From the NCBI GenBank assembly GCA_001179505.1, contig CDMY01000266.1:62001-126000 (forward strand): 64,000 nucleotides of DNA. The letters run 5' to 3'. The notes beneath the pieces were generated by a model. It saw only the letters and a list, made by a program, of their open reading frames with translations. It did no database searches and was not told the origin of the DNA. The DNA is from Vitrella brassicaformis CCMP3155. Its lineage: Eukaryota; Protista; Chromerida. Below, piece after piece: positions 12,817-25,334 of the stretch. Position 1 is the first letter of the stretch; the number at the start of each line of letters is the position of its first letter. A program made the position numbers and the translations under genes.

Positions 12817-13276
12817 ACACCACACGCATGTGCGTGTCTGTCATGCTGTGTTTTGGTGCTCACGCGCTGATAGAAGCTCCTCAGCACGGGCGTGAATGAT
12901 TGGCACATCGGACACCACCCAGCAGCGAAGTACAGCGCCACTGACTTCCCCTGGAGAGATGCGATGCTAGCGGCCTCGCCCGTTGCCGACTTGATGGCGC
13001 CAGCACGACTCAGGTCGGTCACCACATCACTCACTGACACACACAGGACCGAGGAGCAAAGCTGTCAGCCCATCTTCACCGACGCGTACCGATTGTTGGT
13101 GGCTGAGCATTGCTCATGGCGATGGTGCTGCTTCTGAAGAATGCGCCTTTGTGGGTGTGTGCTGCGGGCAGCCAGAGTCTGAAGGCCTGCACGCTGATGA
13201 AGCCGAAGGCCAGGCAGAAGGTGAGGGTGCTCAGGAAGCTAGTCAAACACGCCAGCGCAGTGGGCGGAGCCGTCAT
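12248..13276 (-). CDS. Thioredoxin-fold oxidoreductase, nucleoredoxin/tryparedoxin type (WCPMC), with signal and transit peptide
   Basis: Exon 1 13276-13090 (MTAPP...SVQAFRLW) splices in phase 1 to VSDVVTDL...GKSVALYFAAGWCPMCQSFTPVL. Later exons give IEVIFVSSD, GPWLRIDYDD, GVPGVVVIG and end DFEHKLWE*. Confidence 0.88.
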
Positions 13277-13405
13277 CTCATCCCACCCGCATCGCGATGC
13301 TCGAGTTGCCCCCATGCAGCCCCCAGTCTCACTCCGAGTCTCCAGTGGTTAGAGAGAGTCCTTCGTTGTTAACCTCACGGGCAACTCCCTCCCTAGTCTC
13401 CCCGA

Positions 13406-16400
13406 ATGGAAGGCGCATCTCTGAGCCCCTCGCCGTATGGCCAGCTCCTGCCGCCGTGGCTCCTCCCACAACCTCCCCCTGCACTGGCAGGCACCACACC
13501 ATACCTTGACGGCCGGGAGGTGGAAAGACTCGAAAGGCGATTGTCCGACATCAAGCTGAAGCGTGGCGTCCGGTCCGATGCATTTGCCAGCGCCCTGCAC
13601 GATCTGGTGGTGCTCGTCAACTCGATGGCCGCCCAGCAGTCGGCTCTTGACCTGAGGAGCGACGCCCTCCGGCTGCTTCGGAAGGCACAGCGGCATGTGA
13701 GACGGAGCGAGTTGGAGGCCAAGGAGGCCGGTGGAGGCCTAGGCTTTTCTCTGCTCGCGGGGATGCTGACGTCTCTCCGGTGTCTCACCCTCAACAACCT
13801 GGCGACGTGGTATCGGAGGGGCGGGCAGATCCGCAACGCTCACGGGTGTCTGAAGGAGGCGCTGTCCCTGCTGGAAGAGCACTCGCCATCCTCATCATCG
13901 GTTGACGACCGCGCAGCCACCCACCTGAGCATATGCGACGTGCTGACCGACCTGCATCAGCCGTGCGCGGCCCTCAGACATGCACAGGAGGCCATCGAGA
14001 TGTGTGAGGGGGCTTTGATGAGGCTGACGCCGTCCCGCCTGACGAATGGCAGCAACAATGGCACGGACACGCTCAACACCAAGACGGCTCTGCTGGCACT
14101 CGGCTACTCACACGCAGCGGCTGCGTTGGAGCGGCTGCCGGGTCAGGGGGATGAGTGTCTCGCTGTGCACCAGCGGGCCCTTACCCTTGCCGGGCAGTTT
14201 CTGGACCCTTCTTTCAAGCCGCTGATCGCCGCTCTGCAGGACCGCTACACGCGCACACTGACCAACATGAGATACAGCAAGACACACCAACAACAGCAGC
14301 AGCAGCAGCACCAACAGCAGCAGCACAGGGAGGAGAGAAGCAAGCGCGTGCAGATAATCAGCACGCCCGTCGTGCATCGGTACCCGCTGCTCTCGTCTGC
14401 CCCGAGACACCGAAGTGACCTGAAAGGGATGATGCCCTCATTGCCGTCATCCCCCGTGCACACGGCCAAGTCGACCCCCGTGCTGCGCAATGCTTATGTG
14501 CCCGTAGTGCATGCCGATGCCCACCTGGGCGGGCCCGTGAGACACCTGCTGGAGATCAAGCGGTCGCCCATTCTTTTTGACAGAAGGCGGTTGTCGAGAG
14601 AAAGGGACAAGGAGAGAGGCAAGGGGCGAGTGTTCAAGGCCAGAAGGACGGCAGCTGCCATTACCATCCAGCGGGCATATAGGCGACTGAGGAGAGCGAG
14701 ACAGCCCACAAGGAGGCCGCCACCACTCCGTGACAATTCCGACGCCGTTGCGGTTGCCACTGCCTCGCATGGTGGCGTGGCAGCTCATTATCATCGGCAG
14801 GAGGACTGTCAGCCACAGACAAGGGACGAGGCGACCGACCGCTGTCGGCCAAAGACAGTCGCTGCCACCGCAGCCACGCCACTTCTTCCCCTGCCCTCTC
14901 TCTCCATCTCACTCGACGCCGGCAGCGGCGCTGGAGGGCCGGGCCATCCCCAACACACACATGAGGACCAGAAGTCCAGGAATAGTCGGCTCATCAGTCG
15001 ACGGACAGCACACCAGAGTATGGCGCCGCCATACAAGAAGACGGCCCTCTCGTCGCTTCCCACTCGCGACACGATGCAGCCGGGGTCGCCCGAAGGGACC
15101 ACAGCCGCGTACACGGAGCCATCGATGCCCACCCCTTTGCCGTCACTGCCCGGCGGCCACCAGACACACATGAGGGAGCAGCAGCAAGAGGGGGTGCAGC
15201 CGCAGCATCAGCTACTGCGTCGAATTCGGTCGCTGACGGGTGACCTCATTGCATTCCCTTCGCTGACGCCCCCGTCACTGCCAATGAGAGGGGGAGACAT
15301 GACGACGGTGCAGGAGGACGGTGGTGCTGGTGGTTGTGAGAGGCGTGGGTTGGATGATGTGCATCCCCTGAGCCCCCTGTCGCCGCCTCTTTCCCCGCCA
15401 CCCATCACCTCGCCGCCCCTCTCATCAATTGAAGTCATGTTCGGTGCGCCGATCTGCCTCTCTGTTCCTCTCTCCCTTGCTTGTATTCTTGATTTGTGTG
15501 TGGGGGGATGCAGGTGCGTGTGTGCGCCCGCTCCCTCTGGTGGTGCCCTCAGATGAGCCCAACGCCTCTGGCTGGACCAAAGTCAAAGACGCCTTCTCGC
15601 CCTCATCCCTCACGCCCATCGTCAACACGCGCCCCAACACGTCGGCCAACTCACCGACCCCAAAAGGCCGGCTGCCATCGGTGTCTTCCCCTCCGTCTCT
15701 GTGGACGTGTGCGGCCTACTGGACGAGGCAGCTGGGCATGTGGCGGCTGGAGGTGCGGACGGCGCAGAGGAAGGGCGGCAAGATCGCCCCACCGCCCGTC
15801 GAGCTGAAAGCCGACGCAGCGGAGCTGGAGCGCCTGGGCTATGAGGACGCTTCCTCTGGTAGACAGAGGCACAACCTCACTTGCACCCCCTTTCTCTCTG
15901 TGGATCGGTCTGTCCATTCTATCAGAGCTGTCGATGCCTCGTCTGCGGCTGCTGGGCGCCCGTCTGCTCTCCGCGTTGGCCATTACCTCCTCCCCCTACC
16001 CGCCCCCTCCCCCACCAGAGACACCAGCGATCTCTCTTGTCCTGCTGTCGAAAGACAGAGTGGACGCCATCGAGAGCGAAGAGCACACCGAGACATACAT
16101 CAACGAGGAGGAGGCATTTGCAGGGGCAGAGGAGGGGGGAGAGGGAGGAGACACCGACAAGGGCGAAGGTGAGACGGGAGAGACACAGGCGCAGCAGAGG
16201 GAGAGGGAGACACCCGCCGAGGAAGGACAAGAACAAGAGCAGGAGCAAGAGCAAGAGCAGGAGCAGGAGCCTTCCTTCAGCCCGTTTGTGTGGACCTGCC
16301 AGCGGGACATCCCTGTCCACACCAACTGCGAAGGCGAGGCCCGAATGAGCAACACCACACGCAGCACCTGCTTAGCCCGCCCAATGAGCAACACCAAGGG

Positions 16401-16656
16401 GTGGCTCGTGACCGTGCAACCACAGCAGCCCCACCACCACCACCAGCACCACCACCAGCCCACATCGATGGAGCGTGTGTTGATGGATGTGCCGGGCGAC
16501 GTCGCTGACCGCGGTAGCGTGACCGCATTGCGAAGGGTCGCTGAATCGCTTTTGGCCAGGGTGGGGGTGCGTGACGGTGCTGTGTTTGTGGCAGAGGGCG
16601 AGGGGCTCCGAGGCGGTGGGAGTGTGCGTGCGGTGATGGTGTGCACACCAAGGTGA
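13406..16656 (+). CDS. TPR-repeat protein with a probable IQ motif and long disordered C-terminus
   Basis: 716-aa first ORF with TPR-like helices (CLTLNNLATWYRRGGQIRNAHGCLKEAL; AATHLSICDVLTDLHQPCAALRHAQEAI) and IQ-like AAITIQRAYRRLRRAR. Downstream exons (~15512-15858, ~15926-16656) are less certain. Confidence 0.65.
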
Positions 16657-17128
16657 TGTGGATGGGGTCGCGCAACGACAGTGCATTGCACGACTGACCA
16701 TTGGATTGGATCTCATTCAATCGCCGGACACACCGCATTCATTCCATCGACATCGGTCCGGCCGCACGTGCACTCGCATACACAGACACACCCACAAGAG
16801 ACAGACGCGTCAGACAATTGCAGCCAGCCGCCACTAAGGCATCCAGTCAGCTGATCCAGTCGGTCAGTCACTCTCCCTATAGCAAGGTATCAAAACCCAC
16901 CCACCCAGCCCAGTCAGTCAGTCAGTCAGTCGAGCGAACGACAGAAAAAGATAGACGCGACACCACAGGACACACTCATGCAGCTAGGTAGGTATGTGTC
17001 TGTCTGTCGCTCCCCGCTCAGTTGATTGATTGATTCCCTTTGGCCGCACGCCTGACTATCTGTCCGTCCTACCTCAGCATGCAGCAGACACTCTATCCAC
17101 TTGTCTGTCTGTCTGTCTGTCGTGTGTG

Positions 17129-20100
17129 TCATTCTTCCTCATCTTCTTCCTCCATCTGCTGCTGCTGGTGCATGAGCCTGCGTCTCTTGGCCTGGCGCAT
17201 CCACCGCCCCATGCGCACCAGCTTGCGGTACTTTGGGGAACACCCACGCATCTCCTCGCGATGCAACTCGTTCAGCTGTAGAAACACACATACACAGACA
17301 GACAGAGAGAGGTCAGTGCATTGGGTCTTGTGCGGTGCGCTGTCTTGTGTGTGTGGTTACGATGGTCCGCAGCAACTGAGCCTTGTCGACACCCATATCC
17401 TCATTCTCATCCTCCCCCTCCCCCTCTCCACCCTCCTCGCCCTCCTGCCCTTCGTCGTCATCCTCATCCTCATCTTCGTCTTCATCCTCATGGCGGCCCG
17501 TCTTGACCTCGCCCAGCATTTCCACCTCAGGAGCGACGGGCGCCGGCTCATATAAGTCGCGCTTGCGCTTGTTGATGTTGCTGGCGGTGGCGCGGGCCTG
17601 CTTCTCGGATGTGGATGGCTTGCTGTCGTCCTTGAGGTGCTTGTCGGACAGGTCGTCTCTGCTCGTCCAGATATGGAATACACATGATGTGTTGTTTGTT
17701 GGTTTGTATGGGTGGGTGAGCGTGTGGGGGATGGGCTGCTTACTCGTCCGATTCCTCTTCCTCCTCGCCCCCTTCTTCCTCCTCTTCATCATCGTTGCTG
17801 TCACTGCACACACACACATACACACACACACACAGTGGCATGGATTAGTGAATGAATCGATATGCTCCACATCTCCTCTGTGTGACTCACTGACCTCTCG
17901 TCCTCATTGATGTCGAAGTCCGCCAACTCCGCTGCCACCCCCAGGTCCGGCTCCTCCTCCCCCTCCTCCTCCCTTCCCTCCCCTTCATCGTCTAGCTCCT
18001 CTACCTCCACACCCCCGCGACCCTTGCCGGCCCTCACACCTTTGCGGCCGCCGGTGGGGCCCTCATCCACATCGGGCGCCGGCTTGATGCTGCACACACA
18101 CACACACACACAGACACAGAAAGAAAGAGAGAATAAGCAGAAAGGTGTGTGCGTTCATTCTGAATCTGTGCGTGTAGTGGCTGACGTACGTGGTTGTGAC
18201 GATGTTGACAATGGTGCCGTCGGGCAGTTTGCGGACCTCACGCGCGACGGTGTACTCGTGGCCCTGGGCCGTCTGATACTCCGACTCGTCCTTGAACTCT
18301 ACACACACACACACACACACACACAGGTACACAGACAGGCGCTCTCTCTCTCTCCCGTGTGAATGAGTGTCGTGTGTACCTTCGCTGTCGATGATGTCCT
18401 GTATGTGTAGGTCGTTGAGCGGGCCGCGTATCACCATGTCCGCCTCGTCCTCGTCATCGGCGCCACTGTCGTCATCCTCATCCATGTCGCCATACATATC
18501 CCTGCACACACACGCAGCACACACATGTCGATCGATGCACGTCGTGACTGACACATGTGCCACGCGCGTGTGCATGTCAGGTGCCTGAGTGTTTCATCTT
18601 CGTCTTCGATGGCATCGTCGTCGAACAGCCCCATCGGGTCGTCATCGGGGTCCTCTTCCTCCTCCTTGTCGTCATCGTCGTCGTCGAACACCAACCTACT
18701 GCAGACATCCACACCACACAGAGAGGCTCATGGACCGGTGCATGCGCCATCCTCCAGAGTGTCCCTGCCTCTGTCTGTCTGTCTGTCTGTCTGTCTGGGA
18801 TTGCGTACGGACCGCCCTCTGAAGGTCATGGTGCCACCGTGGTCGTACGCCGCCAGCGCATCGTCGTCGTCCTCATCAGCATCTGCAGTCAGTTGATGCA
18901 GTGCAGCACACACACATTGCCAGCATGTATATGAGCGAGCGATCGGTCCACGAACAAGTGCATTCCCGCTGACCGTCGTGCTCTTCGTCCTCGTCCTCGT
19001 CTTCATCATCGTCGTCACTGTCGTGCATCATGGCCTTGTGGGACCACTGTGTGGTACGGACACACACACACACACACACAATTCCCATCCATCCATCCAC
19101 TCCAGATGTGTCTTCCTTCCCGTAGTTACGTGGAAGATGTCGTCATCGTGGTCGAAGTCCTCGTCGTCCATGCCGTCGCGGCCACGCTCCTCACGAACTA
19201 TCTCTGATGGACGGACCAGGCATTCGATGAGCCATTAAATGCAATGCATTCTCTCTGTGTGTGGGTATGGTAAGACGACCTTCGATTTCGTCCTCTTCGT
19301 TGCCCTCACCCTGGCCCTCGGGCGCAGCAGTGCCGCCAACTGACAACACAGACAGAGAATTGGGGCATGAGATGGCAGGTGTGTGTGTGTGTGTGTGTGC
19401 GTGGCCTGGTCCTGTGCACCCTTCTCCTTGGTCTCTTCCTCCTCGTCGGGATGCTGCTCGTCGTCGCCTTCACCGGCACCCCCATATTCCTCGCCCAACG
19501 CATCCCTGACAGACCGCAGACACAGTGGATGGTGGCACTGTAGGTCTGTGTGCGTTGCATCATGCTGCCTGTGTGGGAGAGAGGTGGGTGTGTGTCGTTA
19601 CTTGAGTTCCTCTGTGTTGTCCTCCTCTGCCTCCTCGTCGACAAACGCCGCCGCTAAGTAGGGAAGGGACACATCACATCACACGAACCAAACAGACATA
19701 TCCATGGAGGGTGCGGTCTTCTGTCTGGCTGTCTGGCTGCCTGGCTGCCTGGCTGTCTGTCTGTCTGTCTGTCTGTCTGTGAGCCTCTGACCTGCCCGGC
19801 GCGCCTTCTTGAGCCGATGCCGCTTCTCCTTGCGCTTCTCCTTGCGCCCGGCACGGAGGACCACTAACTCGTAGTCCTCACCCTCGTCAGCCTCACCATC
19901 ACCCTCTTGCTGCTGCTCTGCTGTGTTGTCATGCTCCTCCTCATGGTCTTTCTCTGATACTTCGTAGTCGTCGTCATCGTCATCGTCCAGCACCCTCTGT
20001 CAGTCATGAAACGGATGGGCACCACAGCACAACACAGCAGAGCAACAAGTGTATGGGTGTGGGTGTGGGCTGCGGATGGCCCGCTGACTCACCCGTTTGT

Positions 20101-21050
20101 TGTGTTTCTTGCCGATGACGTCCTCCTCGCTCTCCACCGACGCACCGTCAGACTGCCCACCGAACTGCAGATGAATGGACGTCACACACATGCACCCACA
20201 GCACACACAGACATTCGTCCTCTCATGTGACTCGTGTGAGTGTGGGCGGTCGCTCACCGGTTTGTCGGCGGTGCGCGTATCTTGGTGGTATTTGTCGCGC
20301 ATCGCGTTGGCCATGAGGGTATCCAGGTGTGTGCCGTTGAGGGGGGGGGGTGGGGGAGGCGCCGCGTCCTCATGCTCATCTTCCACCTGCAACTCGTCCT
20401 CTTCCCTGCCGCAGACAGACAGACAGACAGACAGCATCCACACGTGGGCATCTTCTGCTTCTGCAGCTTGTGTGGATCGGGTGAGCTCACTCACCTGTTG
20501 TGGTCGTGGCCCGCCACGCTGTCGTATATCTCCCGAGCGTTCACCCCCAACATGAGCACATCCAGGTCGCCACCCTCACGCTTCTCCACCTGCCATAACA
20601 TCACAGACAGACAGACAGACAGTCAGAAAGTCAGACTCATGCATCTATGTGTGTGTGGATCCATCCATGTAAGTGCGTGTGGGTACCTCTTCTTTGAGCC
20701 CTCCCCACTCGCCTTCGTCGTAGGCGTACCGTCTGTTGGGGCTGGAGAGGATGCTGTACGCCCGGGCCAGGGCGCTGAACTCGCCCTCGTCGCCCGCCGA
20801 GCCATCGGGGTGGCACCTACACAACCCATCCAACCAACCAGACCCACAGAGATCACAAATGCGTGTGTGGAGGGGCTCGGACAGACACACACACGCCTCA
20901 CACACCCGCATGCATCTGTGCCCCTGGCTGAGTGTTCCGGGCCCTCACTTGGTGGCTCGCTCCTTGTAGGCCTCCAGTATCTCCTCGGTCGATGACCACC
21001 TGTCAATGCCCAGTGCGGTGTACAAGCAAAAGCGCTCGTGGTCATCCATC
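17129..21050 (-). CDS. J-domain (DnaJ class C) protein with a very long acidic region, many exons
   Basis: MDDHERFCLYTALGID...EAYKERATK|CHPDG...FSALARAYSILSSPNRRYAYD, with an intact HPD. D/E-rich exons follow, and the last exon reads LNELHREEMRG...EEEDEEE* (stop 17129-17131). Confidence 0.8.
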
Positions 21051-21131
21051 TTCTCAGTTGAGCTTGCCGTCAGGCCGCCTAGGGCGCTCCCTGAAACCGC
21101 TGCCCAGTTCGCCAAATCAGGGCAGCAACAC

Positions 21132-23609
21132 ATGCTCCTTGCCAGTCATCTACTGCTGCTGCTGTCCGCATCGCCACAAACCACAATTATTCGACACTCA
21201 TCATCGCCATCTCTCCGCATGTCGATGGCATCATCGTCCCCATTCCGCTACGTGTACCTGCACGGCTGGCTGAGCGGCCCGCAGAGCTTCAAGGGCACCT
21301 TCTTGAAAGACAAGCTCAGCCCCCTCGGTATCGACTTGCAACTCATCGACCTCAACAGAGGGAAGCCGCCGGGCCAGATGACGTATGACGGGGCGCTGAT
21401 TGCCGTCGATGAGGTGTGGGAGAGGGAGGCGGGGGCACATGGCGAAGGGGAGGTCAAGCTGCGGCTGATCGGGTCATCGCTTGGCGGCTACTTCGCTGGT
21501 CGGTGGGTGGATCTGCGTGTGTGTGTGTGCGTGTGTTGCCATGCATCCGTCCATCCATCCATCGAGTGCTCTCTGTGTGTGCTGTGTGTGTGAATGTCAG
21601 CGCGCTATGCGGAGCTGCATCCCAACCGTGTGGACAGGATGGTGCTGCTCTGCCCGGCCTTCGACTTCCACAACCAGTTCAGAAAACTCACAGGAGAGGT
21701 ACACACACACACACACACACACACCCCTCTGACTTCGTCTGTCTGTCTGTCTGCCAGAACACAGTGTTCGGCCCGCCTGACATGGACGGATGGCAGTCGG
21801 CGGGCAGCCGCCCCTTCCCGATGCCCGACGGCTCTCTGGTCGACGTCCCCTTCTCGTTCGTCGATGGCGCGCGGGGCCACCACGCCTTCCCGCTGTACCT
21901 CTGCCCCACCACCATCATCCACGGGCTCGACGACGAGATCATCCCCGTCGACACCACCAAACAGTTCTGGGAAACGGTGAGTCAGTTGCCGAGTGACGTG
22001 AATGCCTGCCTGGGTCGATGGATGTCCATGCTGTTCTCTGTCTGTCTGTCTGTGTGTGTGTGTGTGTGTCTGTGTGTGTCTGTGTGTCGGTCGGTCGGTC
22101 GGTTGATCAGCACGAGGATCAGGGTGAGGTGACCTCTCTGCTGCTGGTGCCCGACCAACACGCCCTCACGGCCCCCAACACCCTCTCCCTCACACTCAAG
22201 ACCATCACCGACTTCTTCAGACTCTCTCACACAAACAAGCAGCAGCAGCAGCAGCAGCAGCAGGATCAGGCCCCCCCACCAGCAGCAGCAGCAGCAGCAG
22301 TCGCAGCAGCAATGATAGAAGTAGAGCGCAAGTTTCCGATGCTGGACGAGAGCGACCTGGAGAGGGCGATAGAGAGGGAGGGGGGGCAGCTGGTGGGCGA
22401 GCAGGCTTTTGTCGACACCTACTTCGACTGGGAGGGGTACCCCCTGACGCTGCACAACTGCTGGCTCAGGAGACGGGCAGGGCTCTGGGAACTCAAGACA
22501 CCGAGGGGCGTTACGGTATGCATGCTACTGGCCCACTGTGTGTGTTTTGTGTGTGATCGATGTCATGTGTGTGCTGATTGATTGACAGAAGGAGGGCGGC
22601 GATCAGTACAGTGGTCATGAGGGGGAGGGCAGGCTCGCCATATTCGAGGAAGAGCTCGATGAAGACAAAATAGTCCAATACCTCAAGGTAGTGTGTGTAG
22701 AGGGATACATGGGTGACGACCCACACACACATTCACACACACACTGTATCTGTGTGTTCTTCTCACACAGACTCACTTTGCTGACCACATGACTTCCGAC
22801 GACCTCAAGACAGCCGTCGCCGAGGAGACCCCAGGCGGCGGAACACGAGCCGGGCTGCAGGCCTTCTGCCACGTACACAAGCGCACGTGTCACACGCAAA
22901 GATCCTGGTGGTGACGTGTGTGATGCATGTGTGTGTGTGTGTACTAGTATGGCACGAACCGGCGCAAGTATGTGGCGGGCGACCCAGCTATCACCATTGA
23001 TGTCGACTCGGCGTCATTTGGCTACGGGTGAGTGAGCGAGCGAGTTGGTGAGATGGACAGACAGAAACAGCCCGCCCATGGACATCTGTGTGCAAATCAA
23101 TAGGTGTGTTGAGCTGGAGCGCATGTGTGTGTCCGACGAGGAGACGGCCGCAGCCACACGGGACATCGACAGCATGGCCAAGCGACTCAACCTGGCCTCA
23201 TCTATCGCCCAAACAGGCGAACACGCCCCTGCGCCTCAGTCAGCGCCCCAGCCGTCCGCGGACGGGCGCAAACTGTCTTTGGGCCTGCCTTCCAGCGGCC
23301 CCCTGTCGCTCGGCATACCGCTCAGAGGAGAGCCCGAGAGCCCCCCACCAAGGTACACCACACACACAGAGAGAGAGAGAGAGGGAGATTGCTGTGCGTG
23401 TGCAGTCGTTGATTGCCTCTATGCTCTTCTGTGTGTTGTGATTGTGCGCATGTGTCTGCAGGGGTGTGGGAGGTGGGCTGCCTTTGGGTTCGCAGGGCGG
23501 CCCGCACCGGGCGGCCATGTCGGTGCAGCGCGGCAAGCTGGAGGAGTGGATAAGGAGATACTCGCCGCAGCACTTCGACCTCCTCAAAGACGCCAAGATA
23601 TTCCAATAA
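21132..23609 (+). CDS. Fusion: YqiA/UPF0227-like alpha/beta-hydrolase (esterase) plus CYTH-domain thiamine-triphosphatase-like domain
   Basis: Hydrolase motifs YVYLHGWLS, LIGSSLGG, HGLDDEII and DQHAL. Exon 22111-22515 continues without a stop through a polyQ/polyA linker into MIEVERKF..DTYFD..WLRRR..WELK. Later exons give RRKY..ITIDVDSASFGY, CVELE and GKLEEWIRRYSPQHFDLL..*. Confidence 0.85.
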
Positions 23610-24289
23610 CCTAGGAATGCGATAGACAGACAGACAGAGAGACATGTAGATGAGTAGGGATGGATGGACATGACATGCGGCTGGGGCTAGCTATTCTCTG
23701 CCATGGGTTGTTTGTTTTTTTGCGGGATGGGATTATCCCGCAGCCTAGGCCTCCCTCGCTGTTTTTCTTATGGAATGGGGAACGGGTACGTGTGATACAT
23801 GTACCATATGAGAGCGAGGGTAGGGGAGTTGTGCGTTGATGATTGGTCTCAGTCGGTTTGTGTGAGTTTTGCAGCTGAAGGGATGGATGGATGGATGGAT
23901 GGACACACAGACAAGCGAGGGAGGCAGGTAGGGTCTCTCTTGGTTCTCCATTGTCTGTGGCGTGTTTTGAGTGAGTCTGTGTGCGTCTCCATTTGACTAG
24001 TGTGTAAGTCTCTTGTAAAGGGGGTGTGTTAAACTAGATGTTAAAGGCACATGGAGCTGAATTCTGTCGGTACTGTCAACAATCCTTCACTTGAATGCAA
24101 CCAAGGAAAGCGGCAGAACGCCTGCCGCCGCACCGCCCCTGCGCGAGCTTGAAACGATCTTGTGGCTCCAGAAAGGAGTCATCGGATGAGCCGCTGTGTG
24201 CATGGTGATGCTGATGGGCTGATACCTCTGGATCCAGACGCAGCTATCTGCCGTGATCTGTCGTGATCTGCCCGTTGCGAGGCAGATCA

Positions 24290-24302
24290 GCCTGTTGCAG
24301 AT
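24290..24302 (+). repeat. Left copy of 13-bp target-site duplication (gcctgttgcagat)
   Basis: Identical 13-mer at 25272-25284. The two copies bracket the retroelement fragment exactly. Confidence 0.8.
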
Positions 24303-25271
24303 GGGGGGGGGGAGAAACTGTCATTAACCGTAACACTCGTCTGTGTGTCCGTGATACTCATACAAATACAGTCCCATCAGCACGCAGAGTCAAACAGGCT
24401 CAAGGGGAGGAGGGATCAATCCCCGCCCCATCAGCACACCCCAGTCCCGCAAACCCTCCCCTCCCTCCCCCACGCAGACAGAAGCTAGTCGCACGCGCGA
24501 GGGCGATAGACAAGCGAGAGCGAATCCATCCAGACACATGACTGAACCCCCGACCCTTCCACCCCTCCTTTTCCAACAGCGCATGAGCCATGTGGGCGAT
24601 GAACACGTTGGCATCGTGTCCCCACACACCGTCACACGTCACCACCAGAGGGCAGAAGGTCACGCGGGAGTCGCAGACGGCCGAGCGGTATTTCTTCTTC
24701 TTGGCGGTCTCGTGCTGCTTCAGGATGGACTTGGTCGATCGGTTCTTGGAAGCGTAAGACGTTGCGTCAGGATCCGTAATACAGATGTCAAACGACGCAG
24801 CCGCCTGCCGCTCCCACACGCCCCNNNNNNNNNNNNNNNNNNNNNNNNNNNNNNNNNNNNNNNNNNNNNNNNNNNNNNNNNNNNNNNNNNNNNNNNNNNN
24901 NNNNNNNNNNNNNNNNNNNNNNNNNNNNNNNNNNNNNNNNNNNNNNNNNNNNNNNNNNNNNNNNNNNNNNNNNNNNNNNNNNNNNNNNNNNNNNNNNNNN
25001 NNNNNNNNNNNNNNNNNNNNNNNNNNNNNNNNNNNNNNNNNNNNNNNNNNNNNNNNNNNNNNNNNNNNNNNNNNNNNNNNNNNNNNNNNNNNNNNNNNNN
25101 NNNNNNNNNNNNNNNNNNNNNNNNAGAGCGCACTCGTCGGTGAGCACGACACGAAAGACGTAGTCCCACTCCATCTGCAGAGACCTCGCCATTGCCGCGT
25201 GGGCCGTGTGTGGGAAGTTGCGGGCAGCAGACATGAGCGCGCGCACGCCGCGCACCCACCCCTCGCCCCTC
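24303..25271 (-). mobile_element. 5'-truncated non-LTR retrotransposon, CRE-like clade with restriction-like endonuclease (REL)
   Basis: Post-RT segment WVRGVRALMSAARNFPHTAHAAMARSLQMEWDYVFRVV. After the gap, REL-type C-terminus GVWERQAAASFDICITDPDATSY..HETAKKKKY..FCPLVVTCDGVWG..WIRSRLSIALARATSFCLRG (stop 24400-24402). Flanked by the TSD. Confidence 0.85.
24825..25124. other. Assembly gap (300 N placeholder) inside the retroelement
   Basis: Exactly 300 N. Reading frames on the two sides do not match across 300 nt, so the true size differs. Confidence 0.98.
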
Positions 25272-25284
25272 GCCTGTTGCAGAT
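25272..25284 (+). repeat. Right copy of 13-bp target-site duplication
   Basis: gcctgttgcagat, identical to 24290-24302. Confidence 0.8.
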
Positions 25285-25334
25285 TGACTGATTGACTGCT
25301 GATTCTCTGATTGATTGAGGCGGTGGTTTGCGCT

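Noticed and set aside
22312-23609. Calling the CYTH part a stand-alone THTPA gene
   Set aside because: No stop separates it from the upstream hydrolase in the same exon, so no gene symbol was assigned.
24200-25330. Spliced-leader RNA gene as the retroelement target
   Set aside because: No dinoflagellate-type SL sequence or recognisable snRNA is present around the TSD.
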